Notes under the pieces: model-generated
Seen by the model: only the letters and a program-made list of their open reading frames with translations
Told to the model about the DNA's origin: nothing
The model's database searches: none
Part shown: piece after piece, positions 13,667-26,904 of the stretch
Layout of the letters: each line of letters starts with the position of its first letter
How positions within the stretch are numbered: the stretch's first letter is position 1
NCBI GenBank assembly: GCA_024137785.1
Contig: JAHRHZ010000115.1
Coordinates: 1,246,428 to 1,310,427 of the forward strand
Source of the DNA: Ginglymostoma cirratum
Taxonomy: Eukaryota
Direction of reading: 5' to 3'
DNA length: 64,000 bases
Translations under genes and position numbers: made by a program

Positions 13667-14133
13667 GTGTTTCAATTTTTTTTCACTAATCATATCGGTC
13701 ATGCTGCTTGATAAGTCAATGCTTTAATTACCAGCATTTTTGCTATGAATTATGTTCATGGAAATTATTCGATCAATTCTGCATTTTGTTACAGGGGTAA
13801 TGGCAAAGGTGAGGTGTCCCAGGATCGTTCAGAATTAGTGGTTCTGAAGGACAGATCTCAATGCCATACTGGAGTTACTCAGCAACCCGCTGCCAAACTG
13901 AAATCCGGTACGTCCCCTTTCTTGTGGAATATCCAAGATATGAATTCAAGATGTACATCACGACAATAATGACGGAAAGAATTACAGACAGATTTTCTGC
14001 TGTTTTGAGCAGAGAACACAAATTAGTTCATTTGAAAGGAAACTTTTGATATATTCCCCCCAAAAGCGTTGCAAACTTCTGTGCTATGGAGCACTCAGTG
14101 TTGCAGAGAAACAGCGGAGCCTGTGCAAAGTCC
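13667..14133 (+). pseudogene. TCR alpha-type V pseudogene
   Basis: Degenerate leader (GTG start, donor mutated to ATAAGT); exon from ~13795 GNGKGEVSQDRSELVVLK...ITDRFSAVLSREHKLVHLK...NFCAME. RSS CTCAGTG (14094-14100), 24 nt, GCAAAGTCC. Confidence 0.8.
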
Positions 14134-15198
14134 ATCCTGAGAATTCTAGGTAGGATCCACCAGAGAGCGACATCACACTCACAAACAGAAACAGAAATTC
14201 AGACAACAGAATGAAGATCATAGTGTTTCCAGTAAAATATCAAAATAAAGCACAACATTCTACAGGAAGAGCTGAGGACAATATGGGATTTATTTTCTTT
14301 CATTTTAAATTACAATAAGATTAGTTCACACAATAATTTGTGGTGCATTACCATGCAGTCAGTCGTTTGATAAACTTTCTGCAGTCACGTAAATTATTGG
14401 GATCTCTTCGTGTATATTTGTGATCACAAACCCCTTAGGCATTGGCCTGGCGGCTTCATTGTACCTGGCGCATGGCTGAGGTAGACATGCAAAAACCCCT
14501 TTTCCAGTGGTTTTAGTGGCTTGAATTTCCTGGCAGTTACTTCAGAGAAAACGATTGCATCTCACAAAAATCTGCGATCACTTCAGTAATTTTTGCCTCA
14601 TTTTCTTCCTCTTCCCTCTGTGTGAATCTCGTTACTATTTTTGACAAGAATTTAAAAATACATAAATGTGTATCATATGTTATAATACATATTGTATATT
14701 ATATACTATACATAATATGTTATGTTCTGTTTAATACCTTCAATCATATTTTACCGTTGGATATTACACTCTTTTATTTTTCATTCTTGTATATCTACAG
14801 GATTTTAAAGTGCAACTGATAGTGAGGAAGTATCTAAATCTTCGGAATCTATGCTTGTTACAGAGATAGAAGCTGCACCATTGATCCGTGCCATTGCAGT
14901 CGCATGAGAAACCCTGCAATGATAGATACAACGTCCTGAGTAACTAAATATCACAGAGATAATGTTACCAGCCATCGGGATTGGGTCATGCCTCAGTTCA
15001 GTTTAGAAGTAAAGAGCAGCACTCCAGAAATTACATTTGAGTGAAAGAAATTTCACCAATTTCTGACCAGGAGGGGCACCGTGTTGTGAAAAACAGTAAG
15101 CACAAACGATTCTGCCAAACTTTGTTCTGCACTCAGCTGAGATGATATCAACCATGCTGATTAAAACACAAATTTAAACAAATGCGAATACTTGTGGA

Positions 15199-15629
15199 GG
15201 TTTTGGTATTGGCTCTTGACTTCAAACCGATGACGGGCCTCACTGCACTGAATAGATTGTCCCGCTCTGCATATCCTGGCTTCTTACATTACAGTAACCA
15301 AGCTTTCTAGATGTGTCTGTAGATGAAAATATCGTCCTGAGATTTTTGATTTCTCCAGATCTACCTTGGTAATCTTCCAGCTTGGAGGCCAATCCGTTTT
15401 CCATCGGTCCCATTGCTTGATGCCAACATTCAGAACAGTATATTCACAATAGAAATCATCGACCCCTCTTCTGACAGTTGTTATCACTACAGACTGAGTT
15501 CCACTCTCTGTGCATAGTCCATCTTTGATGGCCGAGGAATTAAAGAGTGAGTGGTTAAATGGAAATTATCTAAATATGTGTCTAATGGTAAAAAAGCCAA
15601 TCATAAAACTCCATGTAGTGTATGCACAT
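15199..15629 (-). pseudogene. TCR-type V pseudogene
   Basis: Exon from 15522 DGLCTESGTQSVV...FYCEYTVLNVGIKQWDRWKTDWPP...DTSRKLGY...IY-SAVR; degenerate heptamer 15231-15237, 23 nt, nonamer ACCAAAACC (15199-15207). Leader-like ATG at 15629. Confidence 0.72.
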
Positions 15630-15909
15630 CTGACGGCGACCTACACCAGATTCCATTGGCAACGTTGCAACACTTGCCTAGACTGTGCTGATATAAATTA
15701 AATTACATATAAATGAACACAGTCCAGTGCCTGTTCGCCAACACACCAAGCAGTAATGTCAGAAACATGTCAGAGAGAATTCCTGACATCGAATTGCCCG
15801 ATTTGAGGTTGCAGATTGAGAAAGAAGAATTGGATATCTCTTTCGAGACTGTGTAAGTGGAAAAGGTCAAAGGTCCTCCATGTAGGAGATTCGATGATCC
15901 ACTCGTAGA

Positions 15910-16200
15910 TTCATAGAGTTGGCCAGCACAGAAACATACTCTTCAGTCCAGCTCGTCTATACCGACCAGATATCCTAAAATGATCTAGTGCAGTTTGCCA
16001 GCATTCGAACAATATCCTGCTAAAACTACCCATGTATCGATCCACATGCCTTTTAATTTCGGAACTGTGTCCACTTTCACCATTTCCTACGGCAGCTGTT
16101 TCCATAGAAATAACTCCATGTGCATGAAAAAGCTGCCCGTCAGGCCTCGATTAACTATTTTCCCTCTCACCTTCAACACATACCCTTCAAATCTGTTCCA
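15910..16200 (-). mobile_element. CR1 LINE 3' fragment
   Basis: Reverse complement of the CR1 3' tail also seen at 6700-6900 and 11060-11200. Confidence 0.6.
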
Positions 16201-17589
16201 TTCCGACTTTTCCGAGTCACTTGAATAGTAAGCAGAGGCTTGGCAGTCACAGACTTCAAGATTCAATCCTATTCTTTCTGCTCCTTTTGCTGCAATCGCA
16301 ACTGACAGTTGGCACAGAATTCATTGACCTTTGTGTCTGCAGTATTCCCAACCACAGCATTCGTTTGTTTCTTCCCTTCTGAAGCGTTCTGGGGACATTC
16401 CTCCTGGATTTGCACAGCTATTATTGTTTGGGAGACCAATGCAGGGGAAATAAGAATCCAAAAGAGCATTTCCCGCCTTTTTGTATAAAAACAAACAAAA
16501 AAATTCACAAGTTGCCTCGAGATGTTCATAATTTCACTCTAGGCCTCATTGAAGTAACCACATTGACCAGGATTGTTTCAAAATGTCAGCTCTTTCTGTG
16601 TAAACAATAATCTTATCATAAGTGTTAAATCCAAGCTCGCAGACCAGAACAAACTTCATTTACCTTTGGAAATTATTGATGATAATTCATCTGATCATGG
16701 TGCCTTGCCAATCAGAACGATGTTCTGGAATTTTATTCCACAGCAATGACGTATTGTTGATATCGTTGCAAAGCAGAATGAATGAATAAAAAAAAATCTA
16801 AGTTTGCAACATAAATAGACAATAGCAGCCTGGGTGTAAAATGAATTGCGAATGTCACCCAGAAATAAATTTTAAAAAAAAGAAGTACGGCAGAAAATTT
16901 AATTAAGGAAATAATCTGCTACGAGGTGAATATGTTAAAAATGTTGAATTACAGCAAAACTATAAAGTACTGAGAAGAGTGATTTTTTTTTGTTCTCAAA
17001 TTGCTTGGCAACTGAAAACAGTGGGGTGGTGTTTTCACTGTTCATTTAGGTCCGTGGAATGTTCACTTTTGAATTCAATAGTTCAGGAAATTTGTTAATT
17101 AAACAAGTCATTTAGGTGCTATAACCGTTAACTTAAAATTTGTAGCACTGATTTATTGTCAATTATGCAATTGTAATTAAGTTGTCAATAGTGATATTCG
17201 TGTCTATTTACATTTTTCCACTGGGGAAGTTGCCAACAATGACCTCTGGGAGACGTGGCAGAAATTGTCAACCATCTCTTTAGAGCCACAATTGGTCAAA
17301 TCTCTCCCTGTAAAATTTCACACAGGATTGAAAATGGCCCCTTTACGATAACTGTTGGGTGGAGTGAATGAGAAAATAAAAACAGAGGAAACAATGGTTT
17401 GCAATTGGCATGAAATGAAACGACTTCAAAACAGAAGCGTAGCAATCGGAAGTCAAATCAGCAACCCAAAAAAAAGGAAGATAGAGAGAAGAAGAGGACA
17501 GCAAATAAAGCAGCTAGAGGAATGGGCATGAGAAACCTTTGAATAAAAATAAAAGAATGTGACAAACATTTGATGAAGACAAATTGAAT

Positions 17590-17905
17590 CCAAGATTATA
17601 GGGAGTCTAGGACGAAAGGGCATGATTTCAGAACAAAGGCTGGCACATTTAGAACAGGGATGAGAAGGTTTTTCTTCTCTTTGGGGACCTGTGGAATTCT
17701 TTATTACAGACTTTTGGCGAGGCTGGCTCGTTTATACTGTCTAAGGATAAAATAAACAGAGTTTTAATCAATATGGGAACCAGGAATTATGGGGAAAACT
17801 CAGAAACGTGGAGTTGAGGAACAATGGATAAGCCATGATCTCGTTAAATGGCAGTGTAGGCTCGATGAGATGGATCTCCTGCCTCTGCTGCTACGTCTTA
17901 TGCTC
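17590..17905 (+). mobile_element. CR1 LINE 3' fragment
   Basis: ESRTKGHDFRTK..FRTGMRRFFFS-like peptide and tail AGCCATGATCTCGTTAAATGGC...CTCCTGCCTCTGCT. Confidence 0.7.
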
Positions 17906-18619
17906 TTAATATGAAGCTGTATAACTAACCTGTTCGGTTTATGAATTTAAGAAACTATGTCTATCCCTTCCAGGAACTGAAATTTGGGTTTATCTGCTCG
18001 GGTTCGAGGCTGATTATGACTTAATCTGAGGTTTGAATATGGATGAACAGGAACCATTACCCATTGTGCAGGTAATGTTTAGAGTTTAGAGGAAATGTGA
18101 GAGACAATATGTCACAGATATGTTATTGAGAATCCGGAAATAACTGTCTGTCTGTGTTGCAGAAGCAGTAACCTTCAAAATACTTAGTTACTTAGATATG
18201 CATTTACAGTACAAGGGTGTTCTAAACCAAGCAGTAAGTGCGGGAAAATGGGATTCGAATAATCAGGTGGTTGCTTTTGACCAAAGTGTCCAAACGGGCT
18301 GAAAGGCTTTTTCAACCTGGACTTCTCTGATTCCATAACCAGCTGTGCTTCAGTCAATTTGCGAAGTGACAACTCAACATTAGCAAAATGCATCTGATCG
18401 AGATTGGAATCAAAGCCACCTTCGCGGGGCTTGTAGTCAGACCCATTAGCCATTACATCACTGGTCTCGTTTATGATCTGGTATTTACCTCAGATCCCGG
18501 ACAGTTGTGGTAATAAAAGAGATATGACTGGCAATGGCAATAGTCACAAGAACTGCAGCCAAAAGTAAACACCATCACGAAATGAAAACCCAAAGAACTG
18601 TAGATGCTGTAAATCAGGA

Positions 18620-18817
18620 ACAAAAACAGAAGTTGTTGGAAAATCTCAGCAGGTCTGAAAGTATCTGTGAAGAAAAGAATCAGAGTTACCGTTTTACTTC
18701 CAGAAACTCTTCCTCAGTTATGAGGAAACGTCACCAGATCCGAAACGTTAACTCTGAATTGTTATTCCCAGATGCTGTCAGACCTTCTGAGCTTTCCCAA
18801 CAACTTCTGTTTTTGTA
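18620..18817. repeat. Palindromic (hairpin) repeat of the type bordering Penelope-like elements
   Basis: Arm AAAAACAGAAGTTGTTGGAAAATCTCAG...CAGAGTTACCGTTT is the near reverse complement of AAACGTTAACTCTG...CTGAGCTTTCCCAACAACTTCTGTTTTT. Confidence 0.85.
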
Positions 18818-19929
18818 CATGCCATCTCTGCCTCACTTCAATTTTCCTGACTTTGAAAAACAGTGAAGAAATAAATTTCCCTATAAAAAGGAAACACGTT
18901 TCTCTTCAGGTGCTGACTTCAGTATTGCTTCATTCTTGCAAGAACTTTCCATCATTTTATTTACATTCACTCTGCTATTTTACGACTGACTCCAGTGAAA
19001 TGCGTTTTCATGCTTCGAATCATCGTCATTTCGAGTCAAGACCATGAACGAATTCTGCTAGAAGCAATTGATCATTTCTTTCCGGAAGTCTAGAATCAGA
19101 GGAATTGAATGGCACAATAATTGTTGCCGTTCCTTCATTGCAGCTGAGTGCCTCAAAGCAGGCTCCTGTTACCATCAGCCTGCTGCTTACCTACCTGCAG
19201 TACATTGGTTGAAAAACATCAGATTATCACAGTTCTGCTTTCTTCATATTGAAACCAATGGCGACAATACGAACTGTTTCAAGGATTAACATCTGCAGAA
19301 TACAGAAGGAGACTGTGACTGCTTCTCCTCTGCCTTGCCTCCGGCTGTCTCTGACCATTCAGTTCCCATGTCCAATGAGCTGCTTGGTACAAACACTGGA
19401 AGATGGTGAACCCAATCTTTACCTGGAAACTTGGTAGGGTATGTGAGGAGCAACACACTGAAATGAGTTTGATCACAGCTGCGGAAATAGTTATTAAGAT
19501 CTCATGTTTATAATTGCGGACTAAGGAAGCGAGCTACTTGCTGCAGTAGTCCTAGCCTCTGGCCTGCTCTTTTAGCCACTGTATTTATTCTGCGAATTCC
19601 GTTTCTAGCCAATGAAAATCCCCATGGTGTTGATAACGGGGGATCAGTGTTGGTGACTTTATTGAGTGGCCCAAGTGGAAGGAACGTATAATGAGCATTC
19701 TTATTCAGGTTAATGCTGAGGAAGTGACGCTGATTTCAATGTCAGCAAACTCTTCCATTAGTTATGAATAACCAAGAGTAAGTGGATGGGACAGTAACCG
19801 TGAAGTTGAAATGGCCTGAATGTTGTATACAGACCGATCTGTGCATTTTGCCACATTGCTGTGCCGTTGACATTTTCACAGTTGTACTGACATTGATTGG
19901 TTGAAAGCACAATTTCTGGGTCACATTTG

Positions 19930-20106
19930 GAGGTGCCGGTGTTAAACTGGTATGTACAAATTCAGAAGTCACAAGACTCCAGGTTATAATCCAGGAGGAA
20001 TATTTGAAATCACAAGCTTTCATCTGACGAAGTAGCAGTGCTCCCAAAGCATGTGATTTCAAATAAACACGTTGGACTAAAACCTGGTGTCATGTGACTT
20101 CTGAAT
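19930..20106. repeat. Second-type palindromic repeat
   Basis: TTCAGAAGTCACAAGACTCCAGGTT...TTTGAAATCACAAGCTTT pairs with AAAGCATGTGATTTCAAA...AACCTGGTGTCATGTGACTTCTGAA. A half copy lies at ~52755-52880. Confidence 0.85.
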
Positions 20107-21378
20107 CTGGAGCAGAGGTCTTCAGTGTCAGTGGTGAAATTTTGTTAGGGCACATAGCGTTTTAAGTTTTTGATGCCAAGTAGGAACATTCAATTTCACC
20201 GAAAATGTGAATAAAATGAGAATGTTGGCGAAACTCTTGGATTTCGCATCATCTGTGGAGTCAAAAGTAGATCTAACGTTGCAATATCCAATAGGACTCT
20301 TCTTGAGAAAGGAAGGGAACTGAAAAGTGATTACTTTTATGTGTTGGCAGAAACTGGTCTGGCGAGGAAGGTAAAGGCTCTTGCTGCACTTTTCAGCCAA
20401 GTCTAACCATTGTGTTCAATGACTTCACAGCATGACCTCTGTTCAGCAATTTGATGAGAACCTAGAAACCCTAACCAACCAGGTCTTTCATGTGTCTGGA
20501 AATAGAATCAAAACAGTGAGCATGTCGTTCTGCAGAAGAATCATTATGGACCCAAAACCTTAAATCTACTTCTCTCGCCCCATATGTTACCTGACTTGCT
20601 ATGTTTCTCCAGCATTCGCTTTTTTAAAATAATTCTTAAAGGGGTGCCTTCAATTCTTAAAGAAACTTCTTTAATTTTTTACGCCATTGTGCCTTTGCTC
20701 AGAAGAGCTGGAGATTTGGTCAATTTTGTAGCTATAATTAAAATATAGTTTGCATCTCTATTTCCCATTTATCATCATCCGCACTCTCTTTTTCATGTGC
20801 TCTGGGCACCCTCACCATGTGTTCCATTTCGTCTTATTACTATTATGGCGGTAACTTAGGGGAAATAAATAAATAACTTTATACATAAACAAGAAATATA
20901 TAAAAATGATTGTTGCAACATCTTTCACAATTTCAGCATATTGCAAACTATATTCGGCACAATTGAATAACTTTTCATTTGTAGTGCTGGAAATGCAATC
21001 TCAAAGATGAACAAAGCAAGATTCCGCAGTGAAAATCGACAGAGCCAAGCAGAAAACTGGTTTCAGAGCTAATATGTGGTGGCGAAATGTTGGTCAAATA
21101 CGACAGGGATAAAATTTCTGGTCCTTCTTGGCATATCAACAGTGAAATATTATACACTCCACCTGAGAGAGTGGACACATCCAATGGTTTAGCATCTCAT
21201 CAGCACGGTGGATACCTCAGTATTCCTTCAGCATTCCCAACGGGGAAGCGTTGAAGCTGGCTTATCGGCCTAAAACGTCTCAAGTCTGGCTTGGTGGGAC
21301 AACGACGTCTTATTCCAGGGAGAATGAGGAAGAGAGTACCGATCATTGAGTCATACTAATATATATAATTCTCTTCTG

Positions 21379-22280
21379 TCACTGTTTAAGGCAAGAAATG
21401 ACCCCAGTGAAAGGAAAAATCATTACTTTCTGAAGTTCCTTTCTGAACTTGGTCTGGGATACTGTGTATATGAAGACGTTGTTGCAAGAACTGAGTAGCT
21501 GGAGCATGTTCGTCGTCTCTTGAAAGATATACTGCAAGTCCTTGATATCCAGGCCGATGAAGTAACCCTTACCCGTAACCTGGACATAGAGGAAACGTCC
21601 AACATGCGTGGCCCACAAGCATAGGAAGCTGAGAGAGATTGTGAAGAGAAGAACAATAGACTTTTTGCGGTTGGCCATCTCTGCGTCTCTGCCATTCTCG
21701 ATGCCCCGGAGTCTCTTACGGGCTCGGCTAGCCATTAGAATGTGTCTTACGGTCATGGCGTTAAGCAGAAAAATGAGGACAAATGGTAGAAATGGGGTTA
21801 AGACGTGGTCCAGCCAATCGTAGGCCTGCCAGACAGGTAAGGCATAAAAAGTCGATTTGATGTCACAGAACCAGGGTACACCATCCAACACATATAGTGG
21901 CTGATAGATGAAATAGAAAGGGATGTTCTTAATGCAACTTAAAGCACAGACTATTTCTATGACCAGCGATGCAGTTTTCTCAGTACAATATCTGATCTTG
22001 AGACTTTGACAGCAGATGGCCACAAAGCGGTCGATGGTGAAGGTCACTGTCAGCCAAACTGAGCAATCCTGGGTAACATAAACTAGCACAGTGCTGAATC
22101 TGCACCCGGGTGTGGTAGAAAGCAGACTATACCTAAAATAGAGGCGGCTGATCCTGTTTAGGATGACTGCAAAGATGATGACAAGGAAATCTGACACTGC
22201 TATCGCCACGAGATAGTAGGTGATACACGACGAAAGTCCACACTGTCTTCGGCATAGGATTATGATCGCCACCAAGTTGG
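21379..22280 (-). CDS. GPR139/GPR142-like class A GPCR (gene 2), coding exon 2; spliced product 323 aa
   Basis: Acceptor CCCACACAG ending at 22281; open frame ANLVAIIILCRRQCGLS...AVSDFL...FTIDRFVAICC...RYCTEKTA...PFLP...KSIVLLFTIS...NNVFIY; stop at 21379-21381. Confidence 0.92.
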
Positions 22281-23852
22281 CTGTGTGGGATCAAAACAGA
22301 GAGATATTTTACAAAGCAGTCTCAATCCACTAACTATTGCCTGCTCCAATATATTAATAAAACTATCCCATTGTGTCTATTTGCGACCTCCAAATTTAAT
22401 GATTATTTATCCGCATCCAATGCTGATTTGAAAATTTCACAGAATAAGTATCATTGAAAACGCTGATTAGTGCAATGGCCGCTCTGTGAGTAATCAGTCA
22501 TTCCTCCTGGAGTGCTGCACAGCCTCAACTCTATTAACATTTATTTTTAAAATCTGACACAGAAAAATCTAAGGCAATTTCATCTGATAAAGAATTTCAT
22601 ATCGATCAAATCATGGCCTTTTAGTAAAATGGGACAAGAATACAGAGACTAAGACTTTGATAGGATAGTTTAGATGTAAACCATCTACTTTGAAATTTCC
22701 AATTTCATATGAAGTAGAAAGAGAAAGCTTGATCCACCTGAGATGAAGCTTTTTAAATAGTTATGTTTGCATATTAACGTAGGCACATATTCGTACAAAA
22801 TTAGAAGTTTAAATTGATTAGATATTGGGGAAGTTCATTAGATATTTATTGGCATTTAACCTTGGGCGCAGAGATTACTTTTGACAAACATCCTGGGAAG
22901 AACGTTTCTTTGGTCTGTAATGCAACAGAAAAGTATGAACAAGATAACGTCGTAACAGTACCAAAAGACAAACAACGTAAAAAGAACGGCAGAAACAATT
23001 TTAAAACAGGATCACTGTGGCCTCGAGAGAATCAAAAACCGCTGCTTCGAACCGAACAACCAACCTAAAGAATCCAAATAGGCTTATATTAGTGATTTGT
23101 TGAAAATATATCAAAGTGATTTGAATAAGTGCTGTTTGAAAAGTATTTTAAATTAATGACAACAAACTCCACGCTGTTATTAAATTTCTGTTTTAAACAA
23201 TCTTACAGCATGAAAAATCGAGGAAATTGTAAAAGGTAGCTGCCAGACAGAGACACTGGGTTTGTTTAACTTTTCCACATCGGATAAGAGGGAGAGACTG
23301 AATGGCATATTGTTGCATTATGTGCAATAATACAAATTGTTCGTGCGATATTGTTCATTACACTTCATAGTCCATCAATCCATTTGACCATATTTCTAAT
23401 AATTTACAGACTTAAAATTCAAATAATATCCTCGAATGCTTCATTATACAAGAACATGTGATGCACCATATTCCACCAGAAGACAGCAAAATAACAAAAA
23501 AAAAAGCGCTTTCATAGAATTTGATCACCGCTGGAAAGGTCAGCATTTCTTGATCTTCTCTCACTTCCTTTGAAGTATAAAGCATTCTCGGACGTTTCAC
23601 AGGCTAGCCAAAATGTGTAACAGTGCAGTGGGTCTGGAGTCTGAAATAGACAAGACCAGGGAAGGATAGCATAATCGCTTCCCCTAAAGATCAAAAGAGA
23701 ACCAGGTGTGGTTTTACAGTAAACGATGATATTTTCAATGTCATTATCACTGAGACTAGCTTTCAGCTGCGGGCTATTACTGACAAAAAAGGAAGAGAGA
23801 AGTGTTCTTTTGTTCTACAAAAACAGAAACATCTTTGGGATTTATGACTCAC

Positions 23853-23922
23853 CAGGGATACCAACAACAGCGAGAATGGGATAGCAAATTGCAAATATCG
23901 GACCAATAGCAGGTTCATGCAT
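23853..23922 (-). CDS. GPR139/GPR142-like class A GPCR (gene 2), coding exon 1
   Basis: 70 nt encoding MHEPAIGPIFAICYPILAVVGIP+G with GTGAGT donor; same length and phase as exon 1 of gene 1. Confidence 0.88.
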
Positions 23923-24827
23923 CGTCCTTCAAAAATATGAGAAATGACTGAAACTTCAGATCTTAACTGTACGAAACGTTGAGATTGTTCCTCTTTTATT
24001 CCAAGTCAGAGTGTCTGGAGGGGCAATTAAGTTGCAGCATGCGCAATAATTACAGTTGAGTGAACAAACAGATCAACTTGAAATTACATGCCTTTAGTCT
24101 GTACCACTGGCAAAATAAATTATTGCTGAGTAACAATGTGAGAACTGCTGTTTATGGATTGTGAGCTTCCTTCCTCTCCACAAACCTTGCTTTCTGTTTC
24201 CGTCAATGGAGGTGCTGATGGTTGATTTCCTATCTCTAAAATCGTCGACATTACCTCTTCAATTATTTGTTTTTTCTTCGCATGACAGATTAGTTCAAGT
24301 ATCTGGGTTATTTGTAGGAATACTAATGTTATTTCCATCAGACCTAGCTAAACTTTTCAAGACGTTTATTGCTGATTGATATGAAATTACTGTTAGCTAA
24401 TGGAGAAAGGCATTGAGATTGTGGCCATCCAAGTTTCTCTACTACGCTGAAACTATAGTAGGCTTCTATTTTCGAGATGAGCCACAACTGCTGGGAGGGC
24501 TATCAAATGGTCTAATGTAATACAAGTATACGTATCGTCAGGTAAAGTAACAATCATATTTGGCTTAAAAAAATAAGACACTAACGGTGGCACAATTAGT
24601 GTCACTTACAAAAATATCTGCCCTGGTATGCTAAGAACTGAGAAAGAGCTAGTAGTAATGTGAACACCGACAGGAGTACTGCAATATTGGTTTAAAAGAA
24701 CAGTCATTTATGTGGTAGCAATCAAGATAGATTTACTGCAAGGTATACTTGGTCATGGTCGAATGCTGCATTTAAGGTTTTGTCTCATAGACAAGGCTGT
24801 GTTATTTTGATTGAGAAAGGTTCAAGT

Positions 24828-25100
24828 GCAGTTGAGGAGCACAGCAGTTAACATTGCAGCCTGATAGCAGCAGGGACCGGGCTCGATTCTACCCTGCTAC
24901 GACGGCCTATGTGGAGTTTGTACATTCTCCCTGCTCATCCCTGCGTTAACTCACAGGCCAACTATATGCAAATTTTTGTTTTGGTATCCGACTTGCAGAG
25001 GGATAAGGTTGGGGGAAGGTGGTATGGATGAAATGCTGCTTGGAATGTCGGTGTGGACTCGATGGGCCGACTGGCCCGCCGTCACTTTGCTTTGATTTTG
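24828..25100 (+). mobile_element. Decayed tRNA-derived HE1-like SINE
   Basis: Colinear with the well-preserved copy at 58667-58994 (B-box-like GGCTCGATT, TGTGGAGTTTGTACATTCTCCC, tail GATGGGCCGA). Confidence 0.7.
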
Positions 25101-26229
25101 GTGTAATTCAGATGATTAAACAGTCATGCATACTAATTACTATACATGACTTACAACAGTGCACCAAAGTTAGGAAGTGATTGGATTCAAACTAACCAAC
25201 CAATAATTCGTTCTCCCTCAGCTCACAGTTAAGGAGAACAGGAAAATCAATGCAGTGAGATATTGCCCGTTCGCTAAACCTCCAAACGTATTCACACAAT
25301 TACCGAATGAATGAGTCACAAATGAAAGTCACACCGAAGCCTTAAACCTTTTCCCAGCAAGGTTCCTTCATTTGGTTGAAGAGTTAACTGTTTCGAATTA
25401 TTATGCCAGTCCTCATTAATCTAAGACAGAAAACATCAACATTGTCTTTTCATAGTGTAACTTAGATTATTCTGTCACAATGAGAACTGGATGCTATTGG
25501 AACGCATTTTCTCTAAGAATTCTAATATCTGAGATTGCTATTTATATTTCTGCTTGCAATCCACTTTGGTGCAGGAAGAGATGCAAAATGCCTTAATTAC
25601 ATGTTTAACAAGGGATATGTCTTGAAATTACAGCTAAATTACAGCTAATCCCCAGAGTGCAACTGCCATATGGAAGAATGCATTTTGTTGCAGTCTTAGT
25701 CTAGATATTCTTCACAGATGCTGCCAGTAGCGCAGAGGGCTTCCATTGTCCTGAGTCAGTGATTGCTACCTACGTGGAGAAATCGAACTTTTGAGCTTTT
25801 CCACCAGAACAGTTAAATGTTCTCTGATTCATTAATAGAAGTTCTAAGGTTTCTTGTCGCACCTAGGCAGCATCTCTGACACTGATTCGGGGAGCTTGCA
25901 TTCAACTAGCAGTTTACTTTTTGGGTGCGTGACAAGGTCTCTAAAATGGTTGTTTAAAAAGTGCTGACAATGACTGTCGTGCCCAAAGAGCAGTACCAGT
26001 GATTAGGGACGTACTGTGAGTCTGGTCAAATCAGCAGAAAGCTGTCTGTCGAGTCCTGAATATCTTGTACAAGAATCGGACTATTCAGAATATTGCCTAA
26101 CTGAGCACAGAATTAAAGTCGCCACCTGCCAGCCAGTGAAATCTGTCCCTCTTCTAGATTACAATTTAATGTCAGTCAAGTGTGAATATACATGTAAAAC
26201 GTTTATGAGGTGTTGTGATTCAGAGCCGC

Positions 26230-26636
26230 AGTTTCCAGGGCTTTAGCTTTTATCTATGCTTGTCTCACAGCACAATAATAGACCACAATACTCTCCAGAC
26301 TCAGATAGTATTTACTGAGCTAACAGTACGCATTATAGTTACCAGCAGGTGGTATGTACGTGGTCCTGAATGTTTCTTAACCTCTAAAATTATTAATTTG
26401 GAAAAATTCTGTATTGGGTGCTGTACCGGTTTCAACAGATGTCACTGGATATAACTTGTGTCCAGGTTGTTCCTGTTCTAATACAAATTCACAGATCTGA
26501 CTTCAGCCGCGACTGTGAACTCCAGAGACTGCGTTACAAATAGGCCAATTGAGGGTACAGAGGAGTAAAGTATCACTAAGTTTGCAGTACCCATCCAAGC
26601 ATGTCTGTACAAGAGCAATTATGTGGAGTCTCTAAT
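26230..26636 (-). pseudogene. TCR-type V pseudogene (paralog of 58200-58615)
   Basis: VTQSLEFTVAAEVRSVNLY*NRNNLDTSYIQ*HLLKP...LSLESIVVYYCAVR; heptamer damaged (CAAGCAT); leader-like RLHIIALVQTCLD at ~26592-26636. Confidence 0.75.
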
Positions 26637-26904
26637 CTTCCGAGATGCCCTGAATATGGAAATTTTCCTCGTAATTATATAAAACACAGTATCAAACTTT
26701 GAAGAATTAACGTAAAACTTTCCGTAATGAACATAAAAAAAGACAGACTCTCTTAAAGTAAAGACAAGAATGATCAAAAAACATTTCGGAGTGCATCTCT
26801 GTCATCAAATTTAAATGGATTGAGAGCGGGTTGTGAAGAAGAGAGCGAACCCGGACTCAGTTAAAATGAGTTCGACTGAAATTGTTCACGGTTAAGAGCT
26901 CACC

